A stretch of DNA of 64,000 nt from Hymenobacter sp. (GCA_025353905.1 JANXNW010000268.1:15251-79250); one strand, 5' to 3'. Counted from the first letter of the stretch, positions 29,065 through 39,207 are shown. Made by a program: numbers and translations. Notes: generated by a model not told the origin, from the letters alone.

Positions 29065-32000
29065 ATGAAAATTATCAGCCTGCGCTTCGCCAACCTCAAC
29101 TCGCTGCCCGGCCCGCACCTGATTCGCTTCGATGCCTCGCCGCTGGCCGACACGGGGCTGTTTGCGATAACCGGGCCGACGGGGGCTGGCAAAAGCACCC
29201 TGCTCGATGCCATCGCGGTGGGCCTCTACGGGCGGGTGCCGCGCCACGACCGGCAGGTGGGCGAGATGGTGAGCCGCCACGCGCCGGGGGCGTGGTCGGA
29301 AGTCGAGTTTGAGGTGCACGAAACCGACGCCGACACCGGCCAGACCCGGCGCGTGCGCTACCGCTCGCGCTGGGAAGTGCGCCGCAAAACGCGCGGTGCC
29401 GACAAGGGCAACCTGAATCAGGACGAGATGACGCTGGTGGTCAGCGAGTCGGGCGCGGCCGTGGTCAGCGGCAAGGAGGCCGTGCCGGCGCGGGTAAGCG
29501 AGCTGTCGGGGCTCGACTTCGGGCAGTTCGAGCAGGCCGTGCTGCTGAGCCAGGGCAAGTTCGCGCGCTTCCTGCACGCCCCCGAAAAAGAGCGCGGCGC
29601 GCTGCTGGAGAAAATGACCAACGTGGGCATCTACTCGCGGCTGTCGGTGGCCGCGTTCGAGAAAGCCAAGGCCGAAGCCCAGCAAACCCAGCTGCTCGCC
29701 GCCCGCCTCGACGCCGCCTGCCTGCTGCCCGACGAGCGCCGCCAGGCCCTGGAAAGCCAGCTCGCCGAGCTCGCCGCCGACGACGAGCTCTACCATTTGC
29801 AGCGCCACGAGCTGAGCATTGCCCTGGTGTGGCGCACCGAAACCGACCAGACCGCGCGCCAGCTCGCCGCCGCCCAAACCGACTGCGAGCGCCTGCGCGC
29901 TGCCGACGAGGCCCTGCAACCCGCCCTGGCCCGCCTCGTCGACCACGAGCGGGCCGCCGCCCTGGCCACGCCCCTGGCCCTGGCCGACGCCGCCGAGCAG
30001 GAAGCCGCTGCCGACCGTACCGCGCTGGCCGACCTGCAAGCCCAGGTGCCGGCCCTGCGGCAAGCTGCCGAAACCGCCGCCACCGCCGCCCAGGCCGTCG
30101 CCGCCACTCATGCTGCTGCCGCCACCGAAGCCGAGCGCCTGCGCCCGGTGCTGCAAGCGGCGCAAAACCAGGACGCGGCACTGGCCGTCGCCGCCGCCCA
30201 GCTGCTGAGTCACCGCAAAACCCACGCCGCCACCGCCGCCGCCGTAGCCACCGACGAGGCCGCCACTCACCACGAAGCCACTGCGCTCGGCGCCCTCAGC
30301 ACCCGCCACGCCAACCTCCAAACCTGGCTGCTGGCGCATCAGCGCGAAGCCGACTTGCGTGAGCAGTTGGTCGTAATCGACCGGGAGGTCATTGACCTGA
30401 CGAAGGTTACGGGTGAGCTGGGTAAGCTCGAAACCAGCCAGGCGGAGCTGGTAAAACAGTTCGACGCGGCCAGCCGCGAGCTGAGCCGCCACCGCCAAGC
30501 CGTGCGCGAAGCCGGCCAGCGTCAGCACGACATTCGTGAGCGCGGCAAGCCCTGTCGGCAAGCGCTGGCCGCGCTGCTGCGCGGCACCAGCGCCCCCGCC
30601 CTGGCCGAGCGCGCCGCCACGCTGGCCACGGCCCATGGCCGCGCCCAGCGCCTGCTGCCCCTGGCCGAAACCGCCCAGACCCAGGCCGCGCTGGCCGTAG
30701 AAATCGGCCGGGCGCTGGCCGCCGAGGCGCAAGCCCTGACCAAAGCCGAAACCGCGTTCCAGCAGCTCGAAGCGGAGCGGACGGCCGCGAATTTACTACT
30801 CGAATCGTATGAGCGCGAGTGGGTTAGTCAGCAGCAGCTGGCCAGCCTGAGCGTTCACCGTCAGCACCTGACCGCCGGCGAGCCGTGCCTGCTGTGCGGC
30901 TCGCTCGAACACGTGTTCGCAGCTGATTTCGCGCCCGATGCCGACCTGGCCGCCCGGCGCGTGGCCGACCAAAAAACCGCGTTGGCCGCCCTTGATGCCG
31001 TTCTGCGCCCGGCCGAGCTAAGCCTGGAGCGTCGCCGCACCGAGCAGCAGCAGCGTACCCGCCGGCAAGCCGAAGCCCGCGACCTGGCCGCCCAGGCCCG
31101 GCAGCAGGCTCTGGGGCTGGCGGCGGAATTGGCGACCGAGCTGGCCGCGGAATCGAATGGTGAGCTGGTGAGTGAAGCCGTTAGCGAATCAGCGGAGGGC
31201 CTCGTCATCGACGCGGCCGGAAGCTTGGTGTCGGGAGGAGCCAGCCAGCCGCCGTTACCTGCTGACCGGGCCGCGCTGACCGACGCACTCGACGCGACCG
31301 CGCTCCTCCCCGACCCCACCGACCCGGCCGCCGTGCGCGCGCTCGTGGCTGACCTCGACGCGCGCCGGGTCGAAGCCGCCGCCCAAACGCGCCAGGTCAG
31401 TAAGCTGGAGACCGAGGTGAGCGCCCTGCTGACGGAATACCATAAAGCAGAGTCCGCTTCGCAAAGCGCTCAAAACCAGGCTGACAAGACGGAGTTAGCG
31501 CAACAGGTGGTAACCCGTGACTTGGCCAAGCTCAAATTTGAGCTGGCCGATTTGCGCGAGCAGGCCGCCAATTACCACCGGCAGCTGAGCGCCTTGCTGC
31601 GGCCCCACGGCCTGAGCCTGGCCGCCGACCAGCCGCCGGCCGGCGTGCTGGCCACGCTGGCTGAGCGCGCCGACACGTACCAGCAGCAGCACGCGGCGCG
31701 CGAAGCCCTGGCCATCGAAATCAAGGAAAGCGAAGCCGGTCAGCAGGCCCGCGCCCAGGAGCTGGCCCGCCGGCAGCAGGAGCTGCGGGCCGATGCCGAA
31801 GCCCTGCGAGCTGAGCAGCAGGCCCTCGACACGCAGCAAGCCACCCGCCGCGCTCACTACACGGGCGCCGACCCCGCCGCCGAAGCCGAGCGTCTGCGCC
31901 AGGCCACCAGCCAACTCGCCCAGGCCCAGCAGGCGGCGGAGAACTTCCATCGCCAGCAGCAGCAGACCCTGACCGGCACGCTCGACAAAATCGAGCAGCG

Positions 32001-32940
32001 CGAAACTGACCTGCTTCGCCACGCGCAAGCCGCCGCCGAGCGCCAGACCGAGTTGAAGGCCGCGCTGGTTACCGCCGGCCTGGCCACCGCCGAAGCCGCC
32101 CGCGCCCTGCTGCTGCCCGCCCCCGAGGCCGAGCGCCTGACGCGCACCCGCCAGCAGCACCGCACCGACCAGCAGGCCGCCCAACAGCTGCTCGAACGCC
32201 TCGGGGCCGAGCTGGTCCGCCACCAGGTCGATGGCCTTACTAGTCTCATTACCAGCGAGCTGACGGCTGAACTCGACGCATTAGCTACCGCCAACGACAC
32301 GCTCCAGCAAACCCTGGGGGCCGTGGGCAGCCAGCTCGCTCAGGACGATGCCGCCCGCCAGCAGCAGGCCGCCGGCCGGCGCGAGCTCGCCCAGCGTCAG
32401 CTCGAAGAGCAGCGCTGGCAGGAGCTGAGCGAGCAAATCGGCTCGGCCCGAGGCGATAAGTTCAGCCAGTTTGCCCAGGGGCTAACCCTGACGCACCTCG
32501 CGCGCCTGGCCAACCTGCGCCTGCGCCAGCTCACGGGTCGCTACACCATCCTCAAAACACCGAACCGCAACCTGGAGCTGCAAATCATCGACCACGACCA
32601 GGCCGACACCGTGCGCCCGATGGCCTCGCTCTCGGGCGGCGAGAGCTTCCTCGTGAGCTTAGCGTTGGCGCTGGGCCTGAGCGAGCTGGCCGGCTACAAG
32701 GCCCGCATCGAGTCGCTTTTCATCGACGAGGGCTTCGGCACGCTCGACCCCGAAGCGCTGACCGTAGCCCTGGATGCGCTCGAACGCCTGCAGCACAGCG
32801 GCAAAATGATTGGCATCATCTCGCACGTGGCCGAGCTCAAAGACCGCATCGGCACCCAGATTCGGGTGCAGCCGGGCGCCAACGGCAACAGCACCGTGCG
32901 CGTGGTAGACGTGGTAGGCACCGAAACGGAGTGCTGTTAG
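29065..32940 (+). CDS. sbcC: SMC-like ATPase SbcC
   Basis: NLNSL, GPTGAGKST, LSQGKFARFL, zinc hook PCLLCGS, LSGGESF, FIDEGFGTLD, GIISHV. Confidence 0.95.
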   Translation: MKIISLRFANLNSLPGPHLIRFDASPLADTGLFAITGPTGAGKSTLLDAIAVGLYGRVPRHDRQVGEMVSRHAPGAWSEVEFEVHETDADTGQTRRVRYRSRWEVRRKTRGADKGNLNQDEMTLVVSESGAAVVSGKEAVPARVSELSGLDFGQFEQAVLLSQGKFARFLHAPEKERGALLEKMTNVGIYSRLSVAAFEKAKAEAQQTQLLAARLDAACLLPDERRQALESQLAELAADDELYHLQRHELSIALVWRTETDQTARQLAAAQTDCERLRAADEALQPALARLVDHERAAALATPLALADAAEQEAAADRTALADLQAQVPALRQAAETAATAAQAVAATHAAAATEAERLRPVLQAAQNQDAALAVAAAQLLSHRKTHAATAAAVATDEAATHHEATALGALSTRHANLQTWLLAHQREADLREQLVVIDREVIDLTKVTGELGKLETSQAELVKQFDAASRELSRHRQAVREAGQRQHDIRERGKPCRQALAALLRGTSAPALAERAATLATAHGRAQRLLPLAETAQTQAALAVEIGRALAAEAQALTKAETAFQQLEAERTAANLLLESYEREWVSQQQLASLSVHRQHLTAGEPCLLCGSLEHVFAADFAPDADLAARRVADQKTALAALDAVLRPAELSLERRRTEQQQRTRRQAEARDLAAQARQQALGLAAELATELAAESNGELVSEAVSESAEGLVIDAAGSLVSGGASQPPLPADRAALTDALDATALLPDPTDPAAVRALVADLDARRVEAAAQTRQVSKLETEVSALLTEYHKAESASQSAQNQADKTELAQQVVTRDLAKLKFELADLREQAANYHRQLSALLRPHGLSLAADQPPAGVLATLAERADTYQQQHAAREALAIEIKESEAGQQARAQELARRQQELRADAEALRAEQQALDTQQATRRAHYTGADPAAEAERLRQATSQLAQAQQAAENFHRQQQQTLTGTLDKIEQRETDLLRHAQAAAERQTELKAALVTAGLATAEAARALLLPAPEAERLTRTRQQHRTDQQAAQQLLERLGAELVRHQVDGLTSLITSELTAELDALATANDTLQQTLGAVGSQLAQDDAARQQQAAGRRELAQRQLEEQRWQELSEQIGSARGDKFSQFAQGLTLTHLARLANLRLRQLTGRYTILKTPNRNLELQIIDHDQADTVRPMASLSGGESFLVSLALALGLSELAGYKARIESLFIDEGFGTLDPEALTVALDALERLQHSGKMIGIISHVAELKDRIGTQIRVQPGANGNSTVRVVDVVGTETECC

Positions 32941-33002
32941 GTGAGGTGATGAGTTTTTCACCTACTCGCTCCAATTAATCTAAAAGCTCACCACTCACCA
33001 CC

Positions 33003-33326
33003 TTACCATTTCACCACCTCGACTCGGCTTTTCCTAATCCAGTCCAGGTATTCCTGCAGCTCCGGGGCCTGGCGCAGGGTCTCGACGCTGGGGTAGCGGC
33101 GGGCCAGCTCGCGGTTGCTCAAAAAGCGGTGGATGCTGCTGTGGCAGGGCTGGCACAAGTCCGCGACGGGACCGTAGCGACCGCCTTGCTCGCGCGGCAC
33201 AAGGTGATGGCGGCTGGTTGTTTGCACAGTCCGCTCGCAGAGGCTGCAAGCCAGCGGGCTATGGGCCTGCCGGGCGCGGGCGGCGGCCGCCTCCGCGGCT
33301 TGCTGCAAGAGCTGACGACGACGCAT
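33003..33326 (-). CDS. Small HNH endonuclease (YisB-like)
   Basis: CSLCER...HHLVPREQGG...LCQPCHSSIH...NRELA. Confidence 0.85.
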   Translation of the reverse strand: MRRRQLLQQAAEAAAARARQAHSPLACSLCERTVQTTSRHHLVPREQGGRYGPVADLCQPCHSSIHRFLSNRELARRYPSVETLRQAPELQEYLDWIRKSRVEVVKW

Positions 33327-33528
33327 ATGAGCAAACAGCTTAAAAATTTGGTCGCGTAAATAGCCCGATTTAGCGCGGAAAACTCAACGCTTAAACCAGA
33401 GCCGCGTGGGGAGAGTTGTGAAAGCCAGACTTTAACACTAGTATTGTAGTTAGTTCTGAATATGTGCGGACTACCCTCACCTGATTTTTAGTCGGCTCTA
33501 CGTCCACCCCAACCTCAACTTTTCGCTC

Positions 33529-33975
33529 ATGCTTGCATTCTTTACTGTTGTATCAAGGCTCACCAGCGGCGGACGCCTGCTCACCGGGGGCCTGCTGCTG
33601 GGCCTGATGCTGACGGTGGCCCCCGCCGCCCGGGCCCAAACCTGGATGGTATCCACGACGCCCTACATCAAGCTCGGCGTACTCGACAAGTATGGCGCTT
33701 TGAGCGAGTACAGCGCCACTTTCGTGGTGATTGACGAAAAGGGCCAGGAGTATAGCCTCGTCAAGCAAGTGCCTAAAGGCCAGAACGGGGTGGACGTGCT
33801 TTTTCCGACCGAGCCCAGCGACGCCGACTACTTCAAGAACGCAGCCGGCCGGGCCGTGCAGCCCGCCCCCGGTCGCTACACCTGGGAATGCCGCGTAAAT
33901 GGCAAAAAAGCCGTCAGCGGCCACTTCAACTACCCCGACGCGGGCAACGACATTACGGTCCTCGGTAAAAACTGA
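33529..33975 (+). CDS. Hypothetical secreted protein
   Basis: Signal peptide (APAARAQ); beta-rich mature region with typical codon usage. Confidence 0.75.
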   Translation: MLAFFTVVSRLTSGGRLLTGGLLLGLMLTVAPAARAQTWMVSTTPYIKLGVLDKYGALSEYSATFVVIDEKGQEYSLVKQVPKGQNGVDVLFPTEPSDADYFKNAAGRAVQPAPGRYTWECRVNGKKAVSGHFNYPDAGNDITVLGKN

Positions 33976-33988
33976 GTCGCCAGGCTCT

Positions 33989-34060
33989 GGTTGTCAGTTG
34001 TTGGTTATTAATTGTCAGGTAAAATTTAGTCATCTGACTGACAATCAACAACTGACAACT
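33989..34060. repeat. Inverted heptamer array (ttgtcag/ctgacaa)
   Basis: ggttgtcagttgttggttattaattgtcag ... ctgactgacaatcaacaactgacaact between convergent genes. Confidence 0.85.
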
Positions 34061-34068
34061 ACGTCACC

Positions 34069-34707
34069 CTATTCGCGGACGACGCGCATGAACGGCACCC
34101 CGCCGCCGGGCAGCGGGCCGAGCACGTCGGCCAGGGCTTGCAGGAAGCGGCCGGCCGTGTCGGGGCGCCCGGCGGGCGGGCCGGGCGCGTGGTGGCGGTG
34201 GTGCTCGCCGCGCAGCTCGCCAAGCACGGTCGGCGTACCGGCCTCGTCGGGGGTGCGGCCCAGCGTGGCTTCGAGCAGGAAGTAGCGCGGCCGCTCGTCG
34301 TTGTCGTCGTTTTCATCGTCGTCCGGCCCGCCACCCAGGCTAAACTCGTCAGCTCCAGCTCCTTCGTCCTCCTCATCGTCGATAGGCAAGGGCGCGTAGT
34401 CGCCGGTTTCGGCTTCGAGCTGCTGGTAGACGACGGCTACGAGGTGGGCCTCGCCGGTGGCCTGCGGGGTGGGCAGCTGCAGCAGGGCCGTGGGCCGACC
34501 AGCCACCAGGTGCCAGCTCAGGTGCAAGCCGCGGGGGCTTGCGCGCTCGCGCGGGGGCTGGCTTTCGGCGGCTTTGTCCCAGAGATAAAGCAATAGCTCG
34601 CGGGCCAGCAGCGGGTCGCTCAGCTCACGGCGCACGGCCGCCGGTCGCCGCGCCACGAGCTGCGGCAGCAAAATATAAGCAAAGCGCTGCGGGTGCGGGC
34701 GAGCCAT
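34069..34707 (-). CDS. Hypothetical protein with an internal acidic tract
   Basis: ATG-started ORF with typical codon usage; LPTP...EAHLVAVV and RYFLLE...LGE segments flank a D/E-rich loop. Confidence 0.65.
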   Translation of the reverse strand: MARPHPQRFAYILLPQLVARRPAAVRRELSDPLLARELLLYLWDKAAESQPPRERASPRGLHLSWHLVAGRPTALLQLPTPQATGEAHLVAVVYQQLEAETGDYAPLPIDDEEDEGAGADEFSLGGGPDDDENDDNDERPRYFLLEATLGRTPDEAGTPTVLGELRGEHHRHHAPGPPAGRPDTAGRFLQALADVLGPLPGGGVPFMRVVRE

Positions 34708-34709
34708 GT

Positions 34710-34911
34710 TTAGGGATTAGGGATTAGGGATTAAGGTCTCACTGGTGCTTGCGAGCAAAGCCAAGCAATTCTTGCTTCGCGCTCGCACCAGTGGCTTACG
34801 TCGGCTCTCTTATGTCGGACACGAAGGAAAGCTTGCTTCGTCATTCCTGCTCGCAATGACCAATGCGAGATTAATCACTAACCATTAATCACTAACCATT
34901 AATCACTAACC
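34710..34911. repeat. Repeat cluster: (tagggat)3, GTCATTGCGAG-family remnants, (attaatcactaacc)3
   Basis: Seen directly. The last 14-mer overlaps the glycosyltransferase stop. Confidence 0.8.
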
Positions 34912-36056
34912 GCTTGCTCCACGGCTTGCCATAACACCTCGGCGCTGCGGGCCCAGCAGTAGGTGGCGGCGTTGGCGAGGCCGGCCTGGCGCAGGCGCTC
35001 GCGCAGGGCGGCGTCGGTGGCGAGCTCTCGCAGGCCCTGAGCGATGGCGGCGGGGTCGGTGGGGTCGCGCAGCAGGGCCGCCGCGGGGCCGCCGGCCACT
35101 TCGGGCAGCGACGACACGCTGGAGGTGAGCACCGGGCAGCCACTGGCCTGGGCCTCGACTACGGGCAAGCCGAAACCTTCGAAAAACGGCACGTAGGCCG
35201 TCGCCAGCGCCGCCGCGTAGAGGGCCGCCAGGTCGGGCTCGCTCACGCGGCCCGTGAACTGGACAGCCGCCTGCACGGCCGCCGGCAACGCCCGGAACGC
35301 CTCAAAAATGGGGCCCGTGCGCCAGGCCGCCCGCCCCACCAGCAGCAGGCGCACGTCAGCAGCTTCGCCGGTCAGCTCACTTTCAGCCTGGTACAAGCCA
35401 AACGCGCGCAGCAGATTCGCCAGGTTTTTGCGCGGCTGCAAAGCTCCGACAAACAAAAAATACGGCTGCCCCTGGCTGAAGCGCGCCCGCGTAGCCACTT
35501 GCTGAGCTTCCGCCTGAGGCTGAAAGATGGCGGCCGGCGCGTTGGGAGCCACTAAAATGCGAGCGGCGGACAAACCGTATTGGCTGACCAAGTCCTGGCG
35601 GGTGGCTTCTGACACGGCCACGAGCTGCGCGGCGGCCCGGGCCCAACGCGGCGTAAAATAGGCATAGTAGCGCCGCATGAGGCCGCCCACGTCGTGGGGC
35701 CGGTGCAGGTACGAGAGGTCGTGGATGACGAGCACCCGCGGCACCCGCGTACCGAGCACCGAAAAGCCTTCGGGCGAGAGCAGCGCGGCCGGGCGGTGGC
35801 GACGCAGCCAGGTCGCCACCGCACCCTCGTACCAGGCCAGCATGAGCAGCGGATGGCGGGCGGGCGGATGCAGCATGTGGCCCACCACGTTGTCAGCCAG
35901 CAGGTAAGCCGGGTCGAAGGGCCGGTCGAAAAGAAAATGAAATGTTACCTCAGGATGCTGGCGCACGAGGCAGCGCAGCGTTTCGAGGCAGTAGCGCCCG
36001 AGCCCTTCAAGCTGCCCGCCGGGCAGCAGAAAACGGGTAGTAACGGCGAGCTGCAT
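34899..36056 (-). CDS. Glycosyltransferase family 4
   Basis: GLGRY, VIHDL, AVSEATRQD, YFLFVGALQPRKNL, EGFGLPVVEAQASGCPV. Confidence 0.93.
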   Translation of the reverse strand: MQLAVTTRFLLPGGQLEGLGRYCLETLRCLVRQHPEVTFHFLFDRPFDPAYLLADNVVGHMLHPPARHPLLMLAWYEGAVATWLRRHRPAALLSPEGFSVLGTRVPRVLVIHDLSYLHRPHDVGGLMRRYYAYFTPRWARAAAQLVAVSEATRQDLVSQYGLSAARILVAPNAPAAIFQPQAEAQQVATRARFSQGQPYFLFVGALQPRKNLANLLRAFGLYQAESELTGEAADVRLLLVGRAAWRTGPIFEAFRALPAAVQAAVQFTGRVSEPDLAALYAAALATAYVPFFEGFGLPVVEAQASGCPVLTSSVSSLPEVAGGPAAALLRDPTDPAAIAQGLRELATDAALRERLRQAGLANAATYCWARSAEVLWQAVEQAVSD

Positions 36057-36130
36057 GAAGGGCTGAAAAGGGATGAGGAAGCTATTTGAGTTTATAGACT
36101 TATTCCTGAACTAGCAGTAGAAACAAGCGC

Positions 36131-36240
36131 GTCATGCTGAGCGCAGCGCAGCGGTGGCGAAGCATCTCTACCGCTTCATCCAAGCCGCTCAACGAAGTGG
36201 TAGAGATGCTTCGACTGCGCTGCGCTGCGCTCAGCATGAC
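36131..36240. repeat. REP-like doublet GTCATGCTGAGC...GCTCAGCATGAC
   Basis: Inverted arms gtcatgctgagcgcagcgcagcg..cgaagcatctctac and gtagagatgcttcg..cgctgcgctgcgctcagcatgac. Confidence 0.88.
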
Positions 36241-36265
36241 CGTTCCCATAAACTCAAATACCTAC

Positions 36266-37204
36266 TTACAATTCAGGAGGGCTGGGCTTGACGAAGTAAA
36301 AATTGGTCGAGTCTTCGCCGAGTGCTTTCAGGTGGGCCTCCAGGTCGGCGCAGGGGCTGAGCTGCCCGGCATCGTCGGCGGCGTGGGGCTGGTAGCCGAG
36401 GGCGACGAGCTGGGCGGCGGCCCGGCGATGGCTGGCATTGGCGCGGTCGGGGGCCAGGTATTCCATCACCACGAGCGGCGATTGGGCACCGCCGAGCGTA
36501 CGCCGCGCGCCGTGCAGTACCTGGTCTTCGGCTCCTTCAACGTCAATTTTTATCACGGCCGGCACCAAGCCCAGGTGCTCGGCTACGGCGTCGAGGGTGG
36601 TGGCGGCCACATGAGTTTCGGTGGGCTGGGCCTGGGCGTACCAGGGTTCGTGGCGGTACTGGTCCACGTTGAGGGCGTTGAATTCGCCGTAGAGCACCGG
36701 AAACTCAAAGAAACTGACCGTGCCCGGCGCGTCGGACAGGGCCTGGTGCAGGGCCAGCACCGTGGACTGAGCGCGGGTGTTATGGGCCAGCACGGCGTGG
36801 GTGCCGTGGGCGGCCTCGAACGCCACCACCCGGCCGGCCGGCCCCACCAGCCGGGCGGCCAGCAGCGTGAAGTAGCCGAAGTGCGCGCCCACATCCACGA
36901 ACGTAGCGCCGGGCCGCAGCCAGCGCAGCAGCACCCGCGCCAGCTGCAACTCGGAGGCGTGGGTTTTAGCACCCAGCAGGAAAAGGTCGGTGCCGGCGGG
37001 CAGCAGCACCCGCATGGGCAGCCCGAAAAACGTGGTAGCCAGCGCGGGCCGGGCGCGGTGCGTACGCGGATAAACCCACTCACGGAAACCCAGCGCGTAG
37101 GCGTAGCGGCCCGGCGTGTGCCAGAGCCGTCGCCACCGACTGGCCTGGGCCAGCTGGGCAACCCGGGTCAGCTTAGCTTCCAGCTCGGCGCGAAAATCAA
37201 CCAT
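36266..37204 (-). CDS. FkbM family methyltransferase
   Basis: FVDVGAHFGYFT, VVAFEA, TTLD, IKIDVEGAE. Confidence 0.93.
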   Translation of the reverse strand: MVDFRAELEAKLTRVAQLAQASRWRRLWHTPGRYAYALGFREWVYPRTHRARPALATTFFGLPMRVLLPAGTDLFLLGAKTHASELQLARVLLRWLRPGATFVDVGAHFGYFTLLAARLVGPAGRVVAFEAAHGTHAVLAHNTRAQSTVLALHQALSDAPGTVSFFEFPVLYGEFNALNVDQYRHEPWYAQAQPTETHVAATTLDAVAEHLGLVPAVIKIDVEGAEDQVLHGARRTLGGAQSPLVVMEYLAPDRANASHRRAAAQLVALGYQPHAADDAGQLSPCADLEAHLKALGEDSTNFYFVKPSPPEL

Positions 37205-37309
37205 TAAAACAGGAGCAAATCGTGGTAGGTACGGGCGGGTCAGCTTGGGTGAACGGGGAACCGGGCTCAGCCGGCAAGCCCAGCGTCGGCTGCCTACAGC
37301 AGATTCAGA

Positions 37310-37518
37310 TTCTGGGTAGGTGCTCGCCGCCCGTTCACCTCACGAGACCCCTGTGGGGCATAGCCCCCTCCCCCGCGGGGAGGGGGACTAGTTTCTAGTT
37401 CTAGACAACTCCTGGACAACTAGAGGTTAGTAAGTTAGACTCTATAACTAGTTCCCCCTCCCCACGGGGGAGGGGGCTAGAGGGTGAGGTTTGCGGGCGG
37501 CGAGCAACGTACCCAGAA
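37310..37518. repeat. ~200-bp palindromic MITE/REPIN-like element, copy 1
   Basis: cctcac...tagccccctccc..ggaggggg arms with a CTAG-rich core, homologous to 40294-40484. Confidence 0.85.
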
Positions 37519-37583
37519 CTAAAAACTGCTCTAATTCAACCAGCACGGCCAAGCTGCCCACCGGGGCAAAACTACGCGCCGAC

Positions 37584-39056
37584 CTATCCATTCAGCTGCC
37601 GGCGGCGCTCGCGCTGGCCGCGCCGGGCGCCGGGGCGCAGCCGTCGCAGCTCGGCCAGCGTGAGCACCCGCCATCCAAACGCGCTCAGCCCGAAGACGGC
37701 CGTGGCCGCCAGCGTTTCGAGCAGCCAGGGCAGGTGGGCGTAAGCTTGCAGGCCGGCCCAGGCGGCGCAGGTGCTGGCCAGTACGCCCAGCAGCTGGCCC
37801 AGCAGTCGCCACGGCACCACCACGCCGACCCGCCCCAGCAGCGCCACGTAGCCCCCGGACACCACCAGCGCGCACCCCAGCGTGATGTAGGCGGCAGCCA
37901 CGGCCCCGTAGTGCGGCACCAGCGCCAGGTTGAGGCCCAGGTTGAGCGCCACGCTCAGCGCCACCAGCCAGCTCACCGACCGCACGTGGCCAGTGCTGTT
38001 GAGCAAGGCCGCGTAGAGCGCGAAAAACCCGTGGACCAGCACGTTGAGAGCCAAAATGCGCAGGCACCACGTCATGCGCGCCAGCTCGGGCGGGGTGCTG
38101 TGGCCGAATTGCCAGAACAGCACCTCGCCCCGAAACCAGATGAAAGCCACCACCAGCAGCAGCGGCAAGGCCAGCACCCGCTGGCCCAGCAGCAGCAGCT
38201 GGCCCAGCTCGCGCGGGCGGGCGGCGGCTTGCGCGAAGCGGGCAAAAAACAGGGGCAAAATCGTCCAGACGTACATCATCACCGCATCGAGCCAGCGGTA
38301 GGCGGCGGCGTAGTAGCCGGCCTCGCGGGCCGAGGCCAGGCGTTCGAGCAGCACCATGTCTACCCGCTCGTTGATGCCGTAGAGCAGGGCGATAGCCGCG
38401 AAGGGCAGGCTGCCGCGCAGCAGCGCGCCGGCCGGGCCGGCGGCCGGCCAGCGGTGAGCCAACGGGCCAAACAGGCGCCGCAACAGGCCCAGCAGCAGCA
38501 CCGCCGTGAAGGCCGCCGCCGCTAGCCGCGCGCCTACGTAGGTGCCCAGGCGCAGGCCGTCGCCCAGCACCAGGCCCGCTACCAGGGCCAGGGCCAGGGT
38601 TTTTTCGAGCACCGACAACCAGGCATCGAGACCAAAACGCTGACGGGCCTGCACCGGCGCGCGCAAAAATTGCGTGTACTGGCTCAGCAGCAGGCCCGCG
38701 CCCACCGCCGCCAGCAGGCTCAGCTGCGGGCCGCGGTAGCCCAGGCCGAGGCCCACCGCCAGCAGCAGCGCCAGGGCCGCGCCCGTGAGCAGCCCGCGCA
38801 GGGGCAGCAGGGTCGGAAACTGGGTGTCGGCGAAACCCGGCTCCACGGCCAGGCGCTGCACCGTGAAGTGGCTCAGGCCCAGGTCGGCGAAGGTGGCTAC
38901 CACCACGGCCAGCGCCGAGCAGGCTGCCAACAGCCCGAACGTGGCGTGGCCCAGACGGTCCTGCACCACGTTTTCGAGCAGCACCCAGCCGGGCTTCACC
39001 AGCAGGTTGAGCACCACGGCCAGGCTGATACTACCGAGAAATTTTTTGATGAGCAG
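37584..39056 (-). CDS. Oligosaccharide flippase (Wzx-like)
   Basis: LNLLVKP, ADLGL, ERVDMVLLERL...AGYYAAAYR, about 12 TM segments. Start uncertain. Confidence 0.88.
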   Translation of the reverse strand: MLIKKFLGSISLAVVLNLLVKPGWVLLENVVQDRLGHATFGLLAACSALAVVVATFADLGLSHFTVQRLAVEPGFADTQFPTLLPLRGLLTGAALALLLAVGLGLGYRGPQLSLLAAVGAGLLLSQYTQFLRAPVQARQRFGLDAWLSVLEKTLALALVAGLVLGDGLRLGTYVGARLAAAAFTAVLLLGLLRRLFGPLAHRWPAAGPAGALLRGSLPFAAIALLYGINERVDMVLLERLASAREAGYYAAAYRWLDAVMMYVWTILPLFFARFAQAAARPRELGQLLLLGQRVLALPLLLVVAFIWFRGEVLFWQFGHSTPPELARMTWCLRILALNVLVHGFFALYAALLNSTGHVRSVSWLVALSVALNLGLNLALVPHYGAVAAAYITLGCALVVSGGYVALLGRVGVVVPWRLLGQLLGVLASTCAAWAGLQAYAHLPWLLETLAATAVFGLSAFGWRVLTLAELRRLRPGARRGQRERRRQLNG

Positions 39057-39207
39057 GGGCGGGCAGCGGCCCGGCGACGTGGGAAAACACAAAGGTAGCG
39101 GCCCGGCCAGGGCGCACGGCGGCCTATCTTTGCTCGCCCTCGCCCGCCCTTCTCCGCTTGCCTCTGCGTTTTCCTACGTCGCCGGGCGCAGGTTTTTTTT
39201 CGCTCTG

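Noticed and set aside
27640-33326. SbcCD plus HNH as a Lamassu- or Wadjet-like defence system
   Set aside because: SbcC and SbcD have canonical repair motifs and lengths, and the HNH gene is convergent rather than operonic.
34710-34735. TTAGGG-like telomeric repeat
   Set aside because: The period is 7 (tagggat), there are only three units, and it belongs to the heptamer family seen elsewhere in the window.
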